Part shown: piece after piece, positions 1 to 12,927 of the stretch
How the letters are laid out: every line of letters starts with the position of its first letter
How positions within the stretch are numbered: the first letter of the stretch is position 1
From: Guillardia theta CCMP2712
Taxonomy: Eukaryota; Protista; Cryptophyta
Reading direction: 5' to 3'
NCBI RefSeq assembly: GCF_000315625.1
Contig: NW_005434671.1
Location: 817,798 to 881,797, forward strand
Length of the DNA stretch: 64,000 bases
Notes under the pieces: model-generated
Database searches by the model: none
Told to the model about the DNA's origin: nothing
Seen by the model: the letters and a program-made list of their open reading frames with translations, nothing else
Position numbers and translations under genes: made by a program

Positions 1-61
1 TCCCTCCCTCCCTCCCTCCCTCCCTCCCTCCCTCCCTCCCTCCCTCCCTCCCTCCCTCCCC
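1..61. repeat. (TCCC)n microsatellite in an intron of the CobW-like gene
   Basis: About 15 perfect TCCC units, upstream of a polypyrimidine tract and AG acceptor at 90-91. Confidence 0.95.
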
Positions 62-91
62 CCTTTTCGTCTCGTTTATGTTTTCCCACAG

Positions 92-758
92 GTGGCTCGC
101 AAATTTGCCGCAGAACATTCACTACTGGTCACATGCAGGACATGTGAGAATTCACCTGCACTTCCCCGTTTCTCTTTTCGTTCCTTCCTGTCCTCCGCTC
201 GCTCTTCCGCTCGCTCCTCCTCGCTCTCACTCTCGCTCTCGCTCTCTACCTTCCTCCTCTTCCTCCTCTTCCGCTGTCGCCTCCACGGTCCTGACTCCCT
301 TCACAGTATTTCTCTCTTGAAGGCCTTGGGAATTGGTGGGTAGCGACGAATCCTGCGGAGTGGCCGAGGAACAGAGAAGAGCTTGACAAGGTAACGAGGA
401 GAGAGGAGGAGGAGGCGGAGGAAGACGGCCAGCACGAGCAAGAGGAGGGAGAGAGCAGGGGGAGGGGTGGACGGGCGGGGCTCCTTGCCCTGACAGCGTC
501 CCGCAGATCCTTGCAGACTTCGAGCGCGTTCCGGAGAACCTTGGGAGCGGGAGGTTCGGAGACAGGAGGCAGGAGATCGTCTTCATTGGCATCGACATGG
601 ACCAGGAGGCGATCGAGGCGCTGATGGACGGCTGCCTGCTCACCGACGACGAGATGAAGATCTACATCCAGAGGATCCGGCCAGACAGCATCGTCGTTGA
701 CTTCACCACCACCCCCCCGAGGCTCCTCAGGGTCGCTGCCGCGCAGTCGTCAAGCTGA
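92..758 (+). CDS. CobW/COG0523 (Zn-metallochaperone GTPase family) C-terminal domain; last three exons, 5' part outside the window
   Basis: Exons 92-143, 307-390 and 507-758 with GT-AG borders give WLANLPQNIHYWSHAGH/YFSLEGLGNWWVA.../...FGDRRQEIVFIGIDMDQEAIEALMDGCLLTDDE...*. GDRRQEIVFIG and CLLTD are hallmark CobW_C motifs. Confidence 0.9.
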
Positions 759-1053
759 TGTGAGAGGGAGAGGGGGGGGAAGGGGACGGGACGGGAGAGG
801 AGGGAAAGAGGTGATGAGGGACATGAGGCGGGGGGAGGTGGAGGATAGGAGAGGGCGTGAGGGAGAGGAGTGAAGTCGAGCACGGAGTGAGTGAAGCGGG
901 CAGAATATTGAACGAGGGCCTGCGAAAAAGTTTTGATTTGACATCTAGTGAAGCAAACCGTACACAACGGCCGGAGGCGTCGCAACACCTCCTGCTCTAC
1001 CCTTCCTTGTCCTCTCCCCATTGCTACTGTAGTCCTTCCCCTCCTTCTTATCT

Positions 1054-1996
1054 TCATCTGTCCTTCTCGTCCATCACCGCACCCTTCCCTTCTTCCTTCC
1101 TCTCCCTCGAGTGTCCCTTCCCTCTTGCCTTCTCCTCTTGTCCTGTTTCTCTCCTCCCTCCTTTTCTTGCTCCCTCCCTCCCTCCCTCCCTCTCATCTTT
1201 CACCGCTTCCTTCTCTCCTCCCTCTTTCTCGTCGCCGAGGTCGACACCAAGTAGCTTAGCAACTTCGTGGATGCTCGCCACGTAACCTTCGAAGTCCAGC
1301 AGCTTGACGCTCTCCTCCACCATCGCTCCTCCATTCCTCTCCCTCCAAACGCGCAGAAAGATCTCCAAGACCTCCTCCTCATTTAGCGACTCTGGCACAA
1401 CCCGCAGGTCGACCATCATCATGGCAAACTCGTCCTGGCGGAGCTTCATCGGCTTCTCCCTCACCCGCGGCTCGTGGCTCCTGCAGCATCCCGAGTACCG
1501 ATGGAAGAGGAGCTTGCTGTCCATCACACGAGACAGCGTCGTCCTCGTCTGCGTCAGGAACGACGTGTCTGCCACGAAGCAGCGAGCGTTCAGCTGGAGT
1601 GTCTCGGAGATTATGTGCAACGCCCTCTTGAGCTCCTCAAAGTCCAGCATGTGCATGGAGTAGAAGCAGCCTCGCAGCCCGATGAGCTTCTCAAACAGCT
1701 CGCACAGGTCCTCTCCAGTCAGCAATCGTGGATAAAGTTGCAAAGCGGTCAAAAACTGAACAAAAGTATCTGAAGAAATCCTCGCGCCTTCGTCTGCGAA
1801 CTTGACAAAGAACCTCCTAGGATGGGAGCAAAGCTCTTCTACCGTATTTCTTATTTCTTTCTTCTCTTGTGGTGTCATTCTGAGCCGCGCCTCATACACA
1901 TTGATCGATGATTCACATGACAACAGCCGTTCGATATCTCGCAAGCGCATGTCCAACAAAGTTTTGTCCGTTCGCGGCACCACCTTCCTGCTCTTG

Positions 1997-2032
<36 letters not shown>

Positions 2033-2097
2033 TCTTCTCCTCCTCTCCCTGCTCCTGCTCCCCTTCCCCTGCCCTCATTTCCTGCCATCTCCTTCAT
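1054..2097 (-). CDS. Protein with two degenerate EF-hand-like / TPPP-p25alpha-like helical modules; the true 3' end is probably spliced
   Basis: 347-aa ORF with the pattern F.KF...ISSDTFVQFL...ELFEKL...LDFEELKRALHIISE and again LFHRYS...DEFAMMMVDLRVV...EIFLRV...LDFEGYVASIHEVA. The ORF tail runs into purine-rich intron-like sequence. Confidence 0.5.
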
Positions 2098-2915
2098 CCT
2101 TTCATCCCTTCATCGTCCTTTGACAAGTTCTAAAAGGTCACCGAAGACATTAAACTTTGACGTAGTTGTTCTTCTATTGTACATTTGCTGTCCTTTTCAA
2201 AGTGTTACTTAATTTACTCCGCATGCAACACAAAAGACCCCACCCTCTGCCATATACCTACCCCCTCACATTGTACACATGGCTACCCCCACCCCCATAA
2301 AGTCTTGTCGGGCGTCAAATTGGTCTCCTATCTAGCATTTATCATTTTACATCTTCAAAATTTGGAACAACATTTCACAATTTTTTCTTGTAATTTGAAA
2401 ATTATACATCTCTTTTCATTGTACCCATTCAAATAACCGTATACCCCATTGAATTCTGGAAGTACCCCTGGTCAATCACCTGCCGCCTCCTCCTCTCCCT
2501 CTCTCCCGCCCTCCCTCCAGCCCTCCTGCTCCGCCCCCTTGTATCTACCCTTGCTCCTCCTCCTCCTCCTCCTCCTACACATCGCTGATCCTCTTGATCC
2601 AACCATTCAACTCTCCACTCTCCATCTATCTTAATCTCCCCTTCCCTCCTCTTCGTCCTCTGCCCGTCCTTTCCCACTGCAGTGGGCCTTGACAACTCAA
2701 GTCCCTCTGGGCTGGTAAACTCCCATTCCTCCAACCTCGGTGACATCATCAAACCAGCTCATATTCTCCCTCCTCTTTCCTGATACCTCCGACTCGTCTG
2801 CCTCTGGCATCCGATCAATTGTCGACTGAAGTCCTCGCGTTTCACTCCTCCTGACGATTCGTGCGATTTCCGCCGCCTACTCTTTTCATCCTTCACTCCA
2901 GAACATATCGCATTG

Positions 2916-5025
2916 ATGTTCTGGCGTCTTGGATTTGCCCATGTCTCACCCATAGATACCTTACTGGAACGAGAAGACATAACTCTTGAAGAGCTTCTAC
3001 GAGAAGAAGACTTGGTCCAAGAGTGCAAACAGTTCAACAACAAATTGATAGAGTTGTGAGTTGATACAAGAAGTTCTGGTTTTGGAGGGGTTCTGATCTT
3101 TTGAACAGCATATCTACACCCGAAAGGATCGAAGTCTTGATAAACTATGTGGTTCAAGACGCTGAAGAGGGGTCAGATGAAAACGTGAAGTATCTCTACC
3201 CTTACAAGGCCAGCGAGGTAAGAGCAGCATCCATCGCATGGCGATGTGACTTGTTTGATTGCTTGCAGGTGCTGAGCTCAGATGTCGCGCCAATCTATGA
3301 CTGTATGTTTGAAAACGAACATCTCCTCAACCTATTGTTTCAATTTCTTGAGCGAGATCCGCCACTTGATCCCCTCCTAGCTGGTTATTTCGGAAAGATT
3401 GTTTCAACTTTCGTATCAAGACGACCCTATGAGACCTTGACAATTCTGGGTCAGCGTAACATTTTGCCTTTGCTCTTAAAGCACATAAATGCATTTTCAA
3501 TCCTGGAATTGCTTTTGAAGGTAACTGAATCAATCGTTTGTTTTCCAGTGTTGATGATGATTTCCAGATTATCGCCGAAGCAGAAGACAGTGTAGATACC
3601 AATCTCGATTGGTTGTACAATCAAGATCTGATCGGACAACTCATTTCTAAGTTGGATCCTTCATATGATACCGAGGTCAGGCGGAGTTCGAAATGAGTTG
3701 ACCTAATCTGATTTGTGTTTTGTACAGGTCCATGCAAATGTAGCAGCAGCATTAACAGGTTTTATCTCTCAACAACAGCATATTTCGTGGTCTACTTCGC
3801 TTTCTGGAAATCGTTTCGTGGCGTCTCTATTATCTGAGCAATCTGTGAAGAAACTTGTTGACAAGATGTTGAATGGCTCTGCATCCACCTTGGATCATGG
3901 CTTATCAGTCCTGGTTGAGATGGTGCGGTTTTCTTCGGAGAATAGACAAGAATCAGAAATTCCTTTGGCCGTATCAGAAGTCACTCGTAGACTTGATGAA
4001 TTTGTTCAGATTCTGAGGAATCCTCCACACATGGCTCCGATAATCAACAGCTCAGGTGAGACTCTCGCATGTTGATTTCGTGTTTCGAATGCGTCCTATC
4101 ATGGTTGCTAGAGAATGGTTGTTGATAAGTTTTCATAGGTACTCTGGATCCTCCTTTGGGCTCGTTTCGCCTGAAGATCCTTGAAATGATATATGCATTG
4201 GTGCAGCTGAAAGAGGAAGAGATTAATATGAAGCTTGTCTCGCTCAACGTAATTTCAAGCTGTTTGGATCTTTTTCTCAAATACGAATGGCACAACTTTT
4301 TGCATAATTTGGTTAGGAGAATTTTGGAGACAATAATCATCTCCAATCATGACAAGATAAAACAGTCACTATTTGAAGATTCGAAGATCCTTGATAGAAT
4401 TATGGAAGCTCATGTCAAGAACGACGAAGCGCTCAAACAGCCCAAGAGCACAAGGAAGGGTTACATGGGACATCTCAGGCTGATTTCAAATCTCATAGTC
4501 GAGAAGTCTGCTTGCGACTCGTCGATCAGCAGCTACACAAAGAGAGAAGACTGGCAGACTTTCGTTCAGGGTGAACTTGCAAAGCTCAACGGCATTAACG
4601 ACAAACGCAAGCTGGCGAGTGCGAACTTACATGAGAGCATGCAGCACAGCGACGACGAGGATGTTTTTGAGCAGGAATTCTCCTCAATGGAGTTCCGCTC
4701 ATCGGAGGCAGCCGTGCTCTTTGACGAGAGCGGTACCTTCGTGTTGCAATGTGTCTTGGCCGTTGTTGACGATGTTCCTGCAGACGAGCTGTTCACCGAG
4801 GAGGACAAAGCACATCAGGAGACGGAAGATCATTCGCTGCCGGACAGCTGGGAGGAGACAGACCAAGACGTGACTTCGGCAACCGAGGGGATCTCACAGC
4901 TGAAAGTGAATCATGATAGCCTCGGAGCCCAAGTGCCGGAGGAACCAGCAGAACCTGTCGAGGACTACAACGACATCAACTACTGGAAGCCAAGCTTGAA
5001 CTGGTTCGACCCGAGCAACGGATGA
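2916..5025 (+). CDS. SAPS-domain protein (SIT4/PP6 phosphatase regulatory subunit, PPP6R-like), multi-exon
   Basis: Starts [38 protein letters not shown]. Also contains [42 protein letters not shown] and [13 protein letters not shown], all conserved SAPS motifs. Introns are about 50 bp. Confidence 0.95.
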
Positions 5026-5211
5026 CGAGGAGGAGAGAAGATTCTTGATCAATGTAACAAGCATACCCCAATGAGGTGATAAATCCACATCTGCAGATAG
5101 AAAAGACTGAGAAGATGTCAATACAAGCCAAGGCTTTTAAGTTTTATCAATTTACACAAACAATATTATGTCATCATCCAAGTCTGGAAGAGTTCATCCT
5201 ATCAATGCATC

Positions 5212-6630
5212 TCACTTCCAAGCGTTTGACGGGGGCATGTGCTTCACCCACGACCTCCCTGACTGAGGCTCAGCCAGGATCGCCTCTGGGTCTTGTGAAG
5301 GATCGACGAGACCTGACCCCCAGAAGCTCTCTGTCACCACCGGGGACACAGGAGGCGTATTCCTGGAAAAGATGCTTGTGCTCCCTGTGCTCCCTAGCAG
5401 CCGCCCCGATCGACGGACCATCTGCCCGGGTGAGTCCCAGATACTCAAACCCGACCTTGACCTCCCCTGAGGCGAGAGGAACATCCCCGTGGAGCTTGCG
5501 GATTCCTCTCTAGAGGCCGCTGAGAGGGGGATCTCGTTGGGGTCCCAGGTAGCACTGGTCTCGCGCAGGATGCGAGGTGAGTAGCCGGTCCGAGGGGAGA
5601 TGTAAGGGACGAAAACACTTCCAGTGAGGTCCCTGCCTGACTGCGGCAGCCCGCTGTCTCTCCCAGACTGCAGAGGCACATCGGCTGGGGCAGAAAAATT
5701 ATTCGTGGCGTCCAAAACTTCCACGTCTTCGGCTTTGACGGCGTCGTTGAATGCTGGCACTCGAGCGTGCGAGGGTACTGGGACGTCGATATGAATGTCT
5801 GCACGCTTGAAGGATTTGGTCTTTGGCTGCTGTTCACGTTTCTCCTTCTCTGTCACACTCCCTTCCTCGGTCTTGGAGCCCTCCTTCGCTGCTGCAGCTG
5901 CTGTCGAGGCTTTTACTGAGCCTCCTGGAGTCCCTGCTGCCAAAGGTGCAGCACGAGCAGTGGGGAGGGGAGGTTTCGTCACTTGTGCTTTCTCGGCATC
6001 CTTGTTCGATTCCTTCTTGTGCTTCATGATCACAGACACGTCCTTCACCGCGTCGAATGTGTTGCCATTCGCACAGTCAGTGCATACACAATTCGACGTG
6101 CAGGGGATCCCTGCGCTGAAGCATTCGCAGTATTTCTTTTGGCACTTCGATCTCTTGCACCGACAGCCACGGACCGTCTTCTTCCCTCCCTTCGGCGTCG
6201 TCACTTCTTGGTCCTCCAGCTCCAAGGCTGTGCCCTTGAAGGCACTCGGATTGTTCATCCGGATGTGTCTGATCGCTTCGATGCGCTTCTCTTCGTGTTT
6301 CCCATCGTTGTGACAATCGGAACACACGCAGTCGCTCGTACACCTTATGTCGTTGCGGAAGCATTGGCAGTACTGCTTGAGACACTTGGTCCTCCCGCAC
6401 CTGCATCCCCTCTCCTTCCCCTGCTGGGATTCTTCTTCCATGTCCTCCTCGACTTCATTCTCAGCCAGCTCTTCAGCTTCAGCCTCCGCATCAGGCTTCT
6501 GCAATGAAATGTCCAGAGCTGAGAGGGTTCTAGGAGGAAGAGTGGCCAAAGTCGGATTGTTCACGGCAACGTAGTTGGTTGCTGCACCAAAACAGTTCAG
6601 GATCCTATCTAAGACAAGTTTCCCTCTCAA
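5212..6630 (-). CDS. Tesmin/TSO1/LIN54-like CRC-domain (two CXC) DNA-binding protein; upstream exon(s) likely
   Basis: GCRCGRTKCLKQYCQCFRNDIRCTSDCVCSDCHN, the linker RMNNPSAF, and GCRCKRSKCQKKYCECFSAGIPCTSNCVCTDCAN. The ORF begins just after a CTGCAG acceptor. Confidence 0.93.
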   Translation of the reverse strand: MRGKLVLDRILNCFGAATNYVAVNNPTLATLPPRTLSALDISLQKPDAEAEAEELAENEVEEDMEEESQQGKERGCRCGRTKCLKQYCQCFRNDIRCTSDCVCSDCHNDGKHEEKRIEAIRHIRMNNPSAFKGTALELEDQEVTTPKGGKKTVRGCRCKRSKCQKKYCECFSAGIPCTSNCVCTDCANGNTFDAVKDVSVIMKHKKESNKDAEKAQVTKPPLPTARAAPLAAGTPGGSVKASTAAAAAKEGSKTEEGSVTEKEKREQQPKTKSFKRADIHIDVPVPSHARVPAFNDAVKAEDVEVLDATNNFSAPADVPLQSGRDSGLPQSGRDLTGSVFVPYISPRTGYSPRILRETSATWDPNEIPLSAASREESASSTGMFLSPQGRSRSGLSIWDSPGQMVRRSGRLLGSTGSTSIFSRNTPPVSPVVTESFWGSGLVDPSQDPEAILAEPQSGRSWVKHMPPSNAWK

Positions 6631-7867
6631 CCTGCAGACGTCGAGCTAGAGTTTCCCTTGTCTGCTCCTGTTGCAACTCGCTGTCGTTTCCTGAGGCCAA
6701 GAGTCAACTGCGACTATGTATTGGAAAGCGTTCCCCTTACATCTTGCCAGCCCTCAAGGTGTTCCTGCCGATTTATCCCACCATCTTGTACAAACTCGAG
6801 CGCACGCTTCTCCCTTCTTCAAACCTCAACTCAACCAAGATAGAATTTCGGAGCTTTAACTTCCAGATCCAAGAATATGATTCCTACAGCCTTCTCTGCC
6901 AAATTGGAACGGGCATCTAGCAAGGGTCGTCAGCAATTGAAGAGGACCTGCATCCAGTGCAAGAACCTTTCCAGACTATAACACTAGAAGCATGAAAACT
7001 CATTCTCACTTAATAGTTCGGCAATCTACACTCAATGCATTCTGAAATTCACATCGTCCATGCAAGACTTTGCATTTTCCTACCTACAACTTCACAATTT
7101 CCCTGGAACAAAGCGGCTGCCCAGCATGTTTGAGTCAACTATTAAACACTACCCATGTTGCTAAGTCTTTGAAATGAGCTTTCACGAGGATAGAAAAACA
7201 TGACAATCAAGGTTGTTCGGAAGTAGGGAGCAACAATCAGGATCTGGGAGGTGACTGAGGCTAAAGAGAAGTCATGGCTTGACTAGGTAAGTTGAGCTCA
7301 TCAACGAGGAGCAAGGAGAGAGGGAGGGAGAGGGAGGGAGAGGGAGGAAACGGCATGGACAAGAGCACTGATGCATGATCAAGGGGCAGCATGGCGGCAC
7401 GAATGGCGATCGCGGCCCCCGTGCCATGCCTTGAGCCGCCTTCAGGGCTCGCTGCTGCATCCTCTCTCTCGTTCAGTCTCTGTCCGTCCCCTCGTTCATC
7501 TCCCACCCTCCCCCTCCCCCTCCCCCTGCCACCCTATTGCCTCACTTATGAAATCTCCTCCCCTACCCCCACTACCCCAGCACCGACCTCGTGATTCGAA
7601 TCAGCGGTCGTTACAATCTCCGGTTATTCACCGTTACATATCTCCCATTTGGTTATGAGCCTCTGACTTTCTTGCTCATATACAATTCAAGCCCCCCTCA
7701 GTGAATTAATTAGCATAACCCATTATTTGTTCGATTGATATCACTAGATTTCAATTGATGTCTTTTCAACATACATAGAGGGCAGTTGAGGCGAGCTGCG
7801 AGATGTGGAGCTGCCCATGGCATGCAAGTACGGCTCGCTGTCCTCCCACTAGCTCGAGGGTGACGCG

Positions 7868-10080
7868 ATGAGATGGAGAGGGAGGAGGATGGGCTCTGTC
7901 CTCTCCCCCTCTCCTCTCCTCATCCTCACCTTGATCCTCTTCGAAGCTCGATGCAGAGCCGATCATGTCGGCTCAAGGATTGACATCCTTGGTCCGATGG
8001 ATGGCGACGTGTCGGCGGATGGGAGCGCGGAGTTCGACTTTCGTTTCCACGATGCATGCGGGGGGCGGTGCCAACCTGTGACATTGAAGATCTTCCTTAA
8101 TTCGGCCCTGATGCATGCCTCTCCTTTCGACTGCGCAATGCAGAACTCCACTTTCAGCATTTCTTCGATCCCGGCAGGACGAAATGATGTGTCGGTAGTG
8201 CTGGAAGACCCCGATCTCTATGTCTGTTTGATCGACAGTGTGAAGTTCAAAAGACCGGCGATTGATAGCTCTGATCCTGCAGGCTCTCAATTCCGAGATG
8301 ATCAGTTTTCTGCAATGGAGATGGAGAATGTCGAGGCTATGGAGGTGACGGACTGACACATCTGGGATGGACAAGCTGACGATGTTGCCGTGCAGGAAGC
8401 ATTGAGAGGGAGAACTACGCTCAATGACACCTCGTGTCGCGAGAAGATTGATCCTTCCAAGCTCACCTTTGACACGTCGCTCAGCCCGACTGCGTTTGCA
8501 GGGTTGGTCACTACACTCCACCTTCAGATCAAAGACAAAGACGGCAGGGCGATCAGAAACTGCGTGAGGCCCGGGTTTGACGTGTACTTTGACGGATCTG
8601 TCATCTCCAGTGCCGTTTCTTTCGTGCAATCCGAAGGATTGCTGCGGATCTGCTTCATCTCGTTGGATCCCCAGGTAGGCGTTGCGGTAGACCTGTTCGG
8701 CAAACCGCTGCGAGGAAGCCCTTTCGTCTTCAACCTCTCTCACGTTTCTCTTGCGACGTCGGGCTGTGCTCGCCCGGGAGTCTCTAAACTGACATCGCCC
8801 TGCCTTTATGCTCCCGAAAGTGAGAACTTCATCACGCACGATGGCCTCGACAAGCGGCTGCGGCTGCCCGAGGAGGAGGAGCTGGACGAAACTGTCGTCT
8901 GGTCCGGAGGGGCAAGTGACTCCCGCGTCTCATCGGCTCGACGAAGTTTCACAGCCGTCGAGAGCGTCACCGTGAATGTGTTCCGCGTCAGCAACGCGTG
9001 TGTCGTAAACCGTTCTCTTGTCTTCTTTGAAGAATCTGGAGAAACTCGACGTACACGTTCTCCTCAGAGCAAGAACTTCTTCGTGGGCTCTCATTTCTGG
9101 GGCCAGTGGGAGATGGATGTCGTGCGATTTCCTGTCGATTTTGTTGAAGAGAGCTACGAATCTTACGTTGAAAGAGTTGGAGTCAATCAAGACCCTGAAT
9201 CTTACGAAGACTTGGCGACCGATGGAGTTCAAGGAAGCGGAACGAGGACGGGCGCCGTCTACCTGATTCCGGAAGGGCCAACGACTCACTTTGGCCACAT
9301 GCTTATGGACGTCATAGTCCCCTTGTACGTCATGACCACCACTGTCGGCGACCAGCGAGGGAGGAAGCGGGTGGTCCTATGGCCATGGCCGGGGTTCCAC
9401 TGCCCGCTCAAGGGCGGGCGGGTACACAGCAAGCGGTTCTGGGATCTGCTGTCTGCGGTGACATCGGAGCCACAGGAGGATGTGAAGTTCTTGGCGTCCT
9501 TGGAGAAGGACGGCCACTGCTACCGGGAGATCGTCCTGGGCCAACCGTTGGATTTCCGGGTCGGATACTGGCAGGGCTTCGTGCAGCGAACGATCCCCTT
9601 CATGGAGGACTTTGTGGAAGCGATCACAAGCATGAAGAGAACCCTGATGGTGAAACTTCATGCCGTCGGCGCCAGCGCAGCCGCAGTCAAGGCCAGCGAC
9701 CAGCACACGGCGATCATTGTGAGCAGACACGAGAGGCGCATCCTGAACCAGGCTGACCTGACCTCCCTGGCCATGGGGATGGGGCTCAAGGTTCAGGTCT
9801 GCAACTGGCAGGATATGCCCATCATCAGGTACGAGTGCGTCCCACCAGCATCCAGGGTCCTGACTCCCTCGTGCTGGCAGGCAGGTGGAGGTGATGGCGG
9901 GGGCTGACCTGCTCGTCGGGGTCCACGGGGTCGGGATGTGGAACATGGTCTTTGCCAGGAAGGCGCTGCCCATCATTGACATCCTCATGTACTGCCATGC
10001 CAACGCCTCCGACCACTGGGAGCTGTCACAGGTAGTCCTGATTCTCCTCCTCTTGCTCAACCTTCTCTTGCTCGTCCTCT

Positions 10081-10151
<71 letters not shown>

Positions 10152-10573
10152 GTCTACCCCCCTTCCTTCCCCTCTCCTGTCATGCCCTGAATGATCTGTT
10201 CATGACTCGTGGCAAGCTATTCAAGTTGCGGCACTATGTATGGAGGAACCCGGACCCTGACCTTGCCTCCTGCGACCTCACCCGGGAGCCCAACTGTGGA
10301 GTTCCGGCATGCGGCTACAACCCTGCAAGCGATGCCTTCGCCTTCGGCGGAGGAACGCCCAACGTCCAACTGCAGGACACCCGAGTCGACCTGCGGGCCA
10401 TGGAGCGGCTCCTGCTCCATGCTCGCTCCTACCTGGATTGGCTGCGGCTCCCAGAGGCAGAGGGGGCAGGGACCCTTGCGACCTCCTGCTCGCTGGAGCC
10501 GCCTTTGGGAGAGGAGCAGGAGGTTGTCTGTGCTCATGAAATCAGCCTCGGGGACGAGGTGTACGATATGTAG
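7868..10573 (+). CDS. Secretory-pathway glycosyltransferase family 61 (DUF563) with N-terminal Ig/filamin-like repeats
   Basis: N-terminal hydrophobic segment (LLILTLILFEARCRA). GT61 motifs HFGHMLMDVIVPLY, IIVSRHERRILNQADL and QVEVMAGADLLVGVHGVGMWNMVF. Filamin-like segment AFAGLVTTLHLQIKDKDGR...VDLFGKPLRGSPF. Confidence 0.8.
10080..10150. repeat. (CTCCTG)n microsatellite in an intron; the same unit recurs near 1998-2030, 11352-11390, 15655-15790 and 16610-16680
   Basis: Hexamer tandem read directly. It produces the spurious poly-Leu, PA and SR ORFs in the track. Confidence 0.9.
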
Positions 10574-10749
10574 ATTAAACTCACGCTGATACGAGCCGGA
10601 AGCGTTCTCACCCGCTCCCTTCCTCTCGCTCTCCTTCGTGACCTTCTCGCCCTGTCCGCCCCCTCTCCTCCCTCACCTACCACTTCCCCCTTCCCTTCCC
10701 GTTCCTCCGCATTTTGTTCTCTCGCTCGTCCTCCCTCCCTCCCTTCCTT

Positions 10750-10798
<49 letters not shown>

Positions 10799-10807
10799 CA
10801 ACCCTCC

Positions 10808-10907
10808 NNNNNNNNNNNNNNNNNNNNNNNNNNNNNNNNNNNNNNNNNNNNNNNNNNNNNNNNNNNNNNNNNNNNNNNNNNNNNNNNNNNNNNNNNNNNN
10901 NNNNNNN
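10808..10907. other. Assembly gap (100 N), preceded by a (GCCT)n microsatellite
   Basis: Run of exactly 100 N. Confidence 1.
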
Positions 10908-11350
10908 ATGGGGCGCATCGCGCGCCCCCCGTCGTCTGTCTGCATCCTGGGGGGAGGATGGGCAGGGCTGTCAGTGGCCTTCCACCTTCAGGAGCTTGCC
11001 AGCCGCATGCAGCACGCCATGCGCATGCACGTGGTGGACAAGGAGGCGGTGGGAGAGGGAGGAGCGTCTGCGGTGGCGGGGGGGCTGGTCCATCCCTTCA
11101 CGCCGAGGGCGAAGAAGATCTGGATGGTGACTTGGGAGCTCCAATGCTCAGCGCTGAGCATGCTGGCAGGGAGATGCGGGAATGGAGGCTACCAGGAGGC
11201 TGATCCGGGTTGCGAGCGAGGGCAGGTGCCAGTTTGAGCTTGCGAGATGCGAGTGGTTGAGGATGATGATGTTGCATGCTCGGTAGCTCTGCCAAGATTG
11301 TCACAGGAGAGGGCATCGTTATGCTGGCGAAGTCAACGAGGCATGTCTCT

Positions 11351-11390
<40 letters not shown>

Positions 11391-12765
11391 CCTTTGCCTG
11401 ATCCTCCTCCTCCTCCTCCTCCTCTTCCTCCTCCTCCTCCTCCTCAGATGATTCACGATGCAGGCGCGAGGAGGACTTTCGAGCTGCTGCGCAGAACTTC
11501 CCGTCGGAGGTGACAAGTGTCATTCCTTGTCAGCCATCCAAGTGCTGCTCTGCAGATCGAGCTGCTGAGGTTGGAGGACGACCCGAGCCTGGCAGGCAGG
11601 ACCTCTCTTGAAGCATTCTCCCCCGCTGCTCTTGCTCAAGGCTCTGTCTCCCAGCAGGAGTTTCGCCGAGCATACAGTTCGGCATCCGGATCAAGTGGGT
11701 GGTTAGGAGGAAGCTTCTGCCGTCTCGGGTGACGACTCCCCAGGTCAGGGCTGTCGGTCAACGGACGAAACTACTCGAGGGCGCTGTGGGAACATTGCAA
11801 GCGGGCCTCGGGCGGCGGCTCCATAGAGTGGGTTCGGAGGGACGTGGTCAGACTCGTCGCTCCTGCGTGCTAGAGTGACATGAAGTGATCAGGGGGGGCT
11901 AGCAGACGTCGGCGACTTGCAGGCTGAGTCCGTCGTGGTGTGTCTGGGGTACGGGAGTGTGATGTTGAGGGAGCTGCAAGGGCTCCCGATCAAGTGTGTT
12001 GCCGGGCAGGTGCTCCTTCCCTCCCCCCTCCTGCGGATTGATCCTTGTTGCTTCCTCCGGCAGAGCCTTGAGTTCGTGCGGAGAGGCGACGAGCCCAGCG
12101 ACCTGAAAGTTTCGCTGCTTGCGGGAAAGTGAGAAGGAGGAGGATTCAATGATAGTAGGGCTGATCTCTGGCAGGTACATCTCGCCTCTCCGTGATGGAG
12201 ACAGGCTTCGCTTGTACTGTGGCGCGACGCAGGAGCACGGGACCGTCCAAGAGCTTGTGCGGCGAGGTGCAGACGTGGAGTAAGCAGCGTCTGCGATTTG
12301 ACCCGGCGTCCTGAAGGCAACTTTCAGGAAAGCGAAACAAGAACTGATTCCGGAGCTGACGGCCCTCTATCCCGAGCTGGGCACGGACTGCTGGGCTCCT
12401 ACAAAAGTCTCCCTTTCTCTCTTGCCATGCAGGACCGCGGCTACTGACTCGCCATGGCAGTCGAGGTATGGGATCCGAGCCTTGACCAGCCGAGAAAACG
12501 AAGGTCGCCTTCCCCTCTGCGGGCTGCTCCGAAGCGGACCGGGGGGCTCCATGCTCAGCAACAGCGATGTCTGGGTGCTAACGGGCTTTGGATCGAGGTA
12601 CCTCTGCTACTGGCCGTGTTGAGATTTCAGTCCGTGGACTCACTCTCCGTGGTCAGGGGGCTGATCCACCATGCGCTGCTCGGGGAGATGATGGCCAAGG
12701 CTGTGATGCATCGCGACCCGAGTCACTTGCCCCCCGAGCTACAGAAGTCCTCGCTCTTCACCTAG
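10908..12765 (+). CDS. FAD-dependent oxidoreductase, DAO/glycine-oxidase (MnmC-like) family, many short exons
   Basis: Rossmann motif ILGGGWAGLSVAFHL...VVDK...GGASAVAGGLVHP, VVVCLG, YCGATQE, GIRALT...RLPLCG, and C-terminal WVLTGFGSRGLIHHALLG. The start may be hidden in the gap. Confidence 0.85.
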
Positions 12766-12834
12766 CCGAGTCTGCTCAAGTCTTTGTACATAAAGCTTGA
12801 GTCACTAGTCCGAGAGTCACCGTGGCCCGGCCCT

Positions 12835-12879
12835 CACTTCAAATATTCACTATAGCATCACTTCAAATATTCACTATAG
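12835..12879. repeat. 21-bp direct repeat CACTTCAAATATTCACTATAG x2 just upstream of the DRC7 start
   Basis: Two exact copies separated by 3 nt. Confidence 0.85.
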
Positions 12880-12927
12880 AACCAAAACCTTGACTACAGA
12901 ACCCCCGTGGTCCGTTGGAAGCTTTCC

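Noticed and set aside
8340-8400. In-frame TGA between the two GT61 ORFs as selenocysteine or readthrough
   Set aside because: The TGA lies within a normal GT...CAG intron of about 50 bp.
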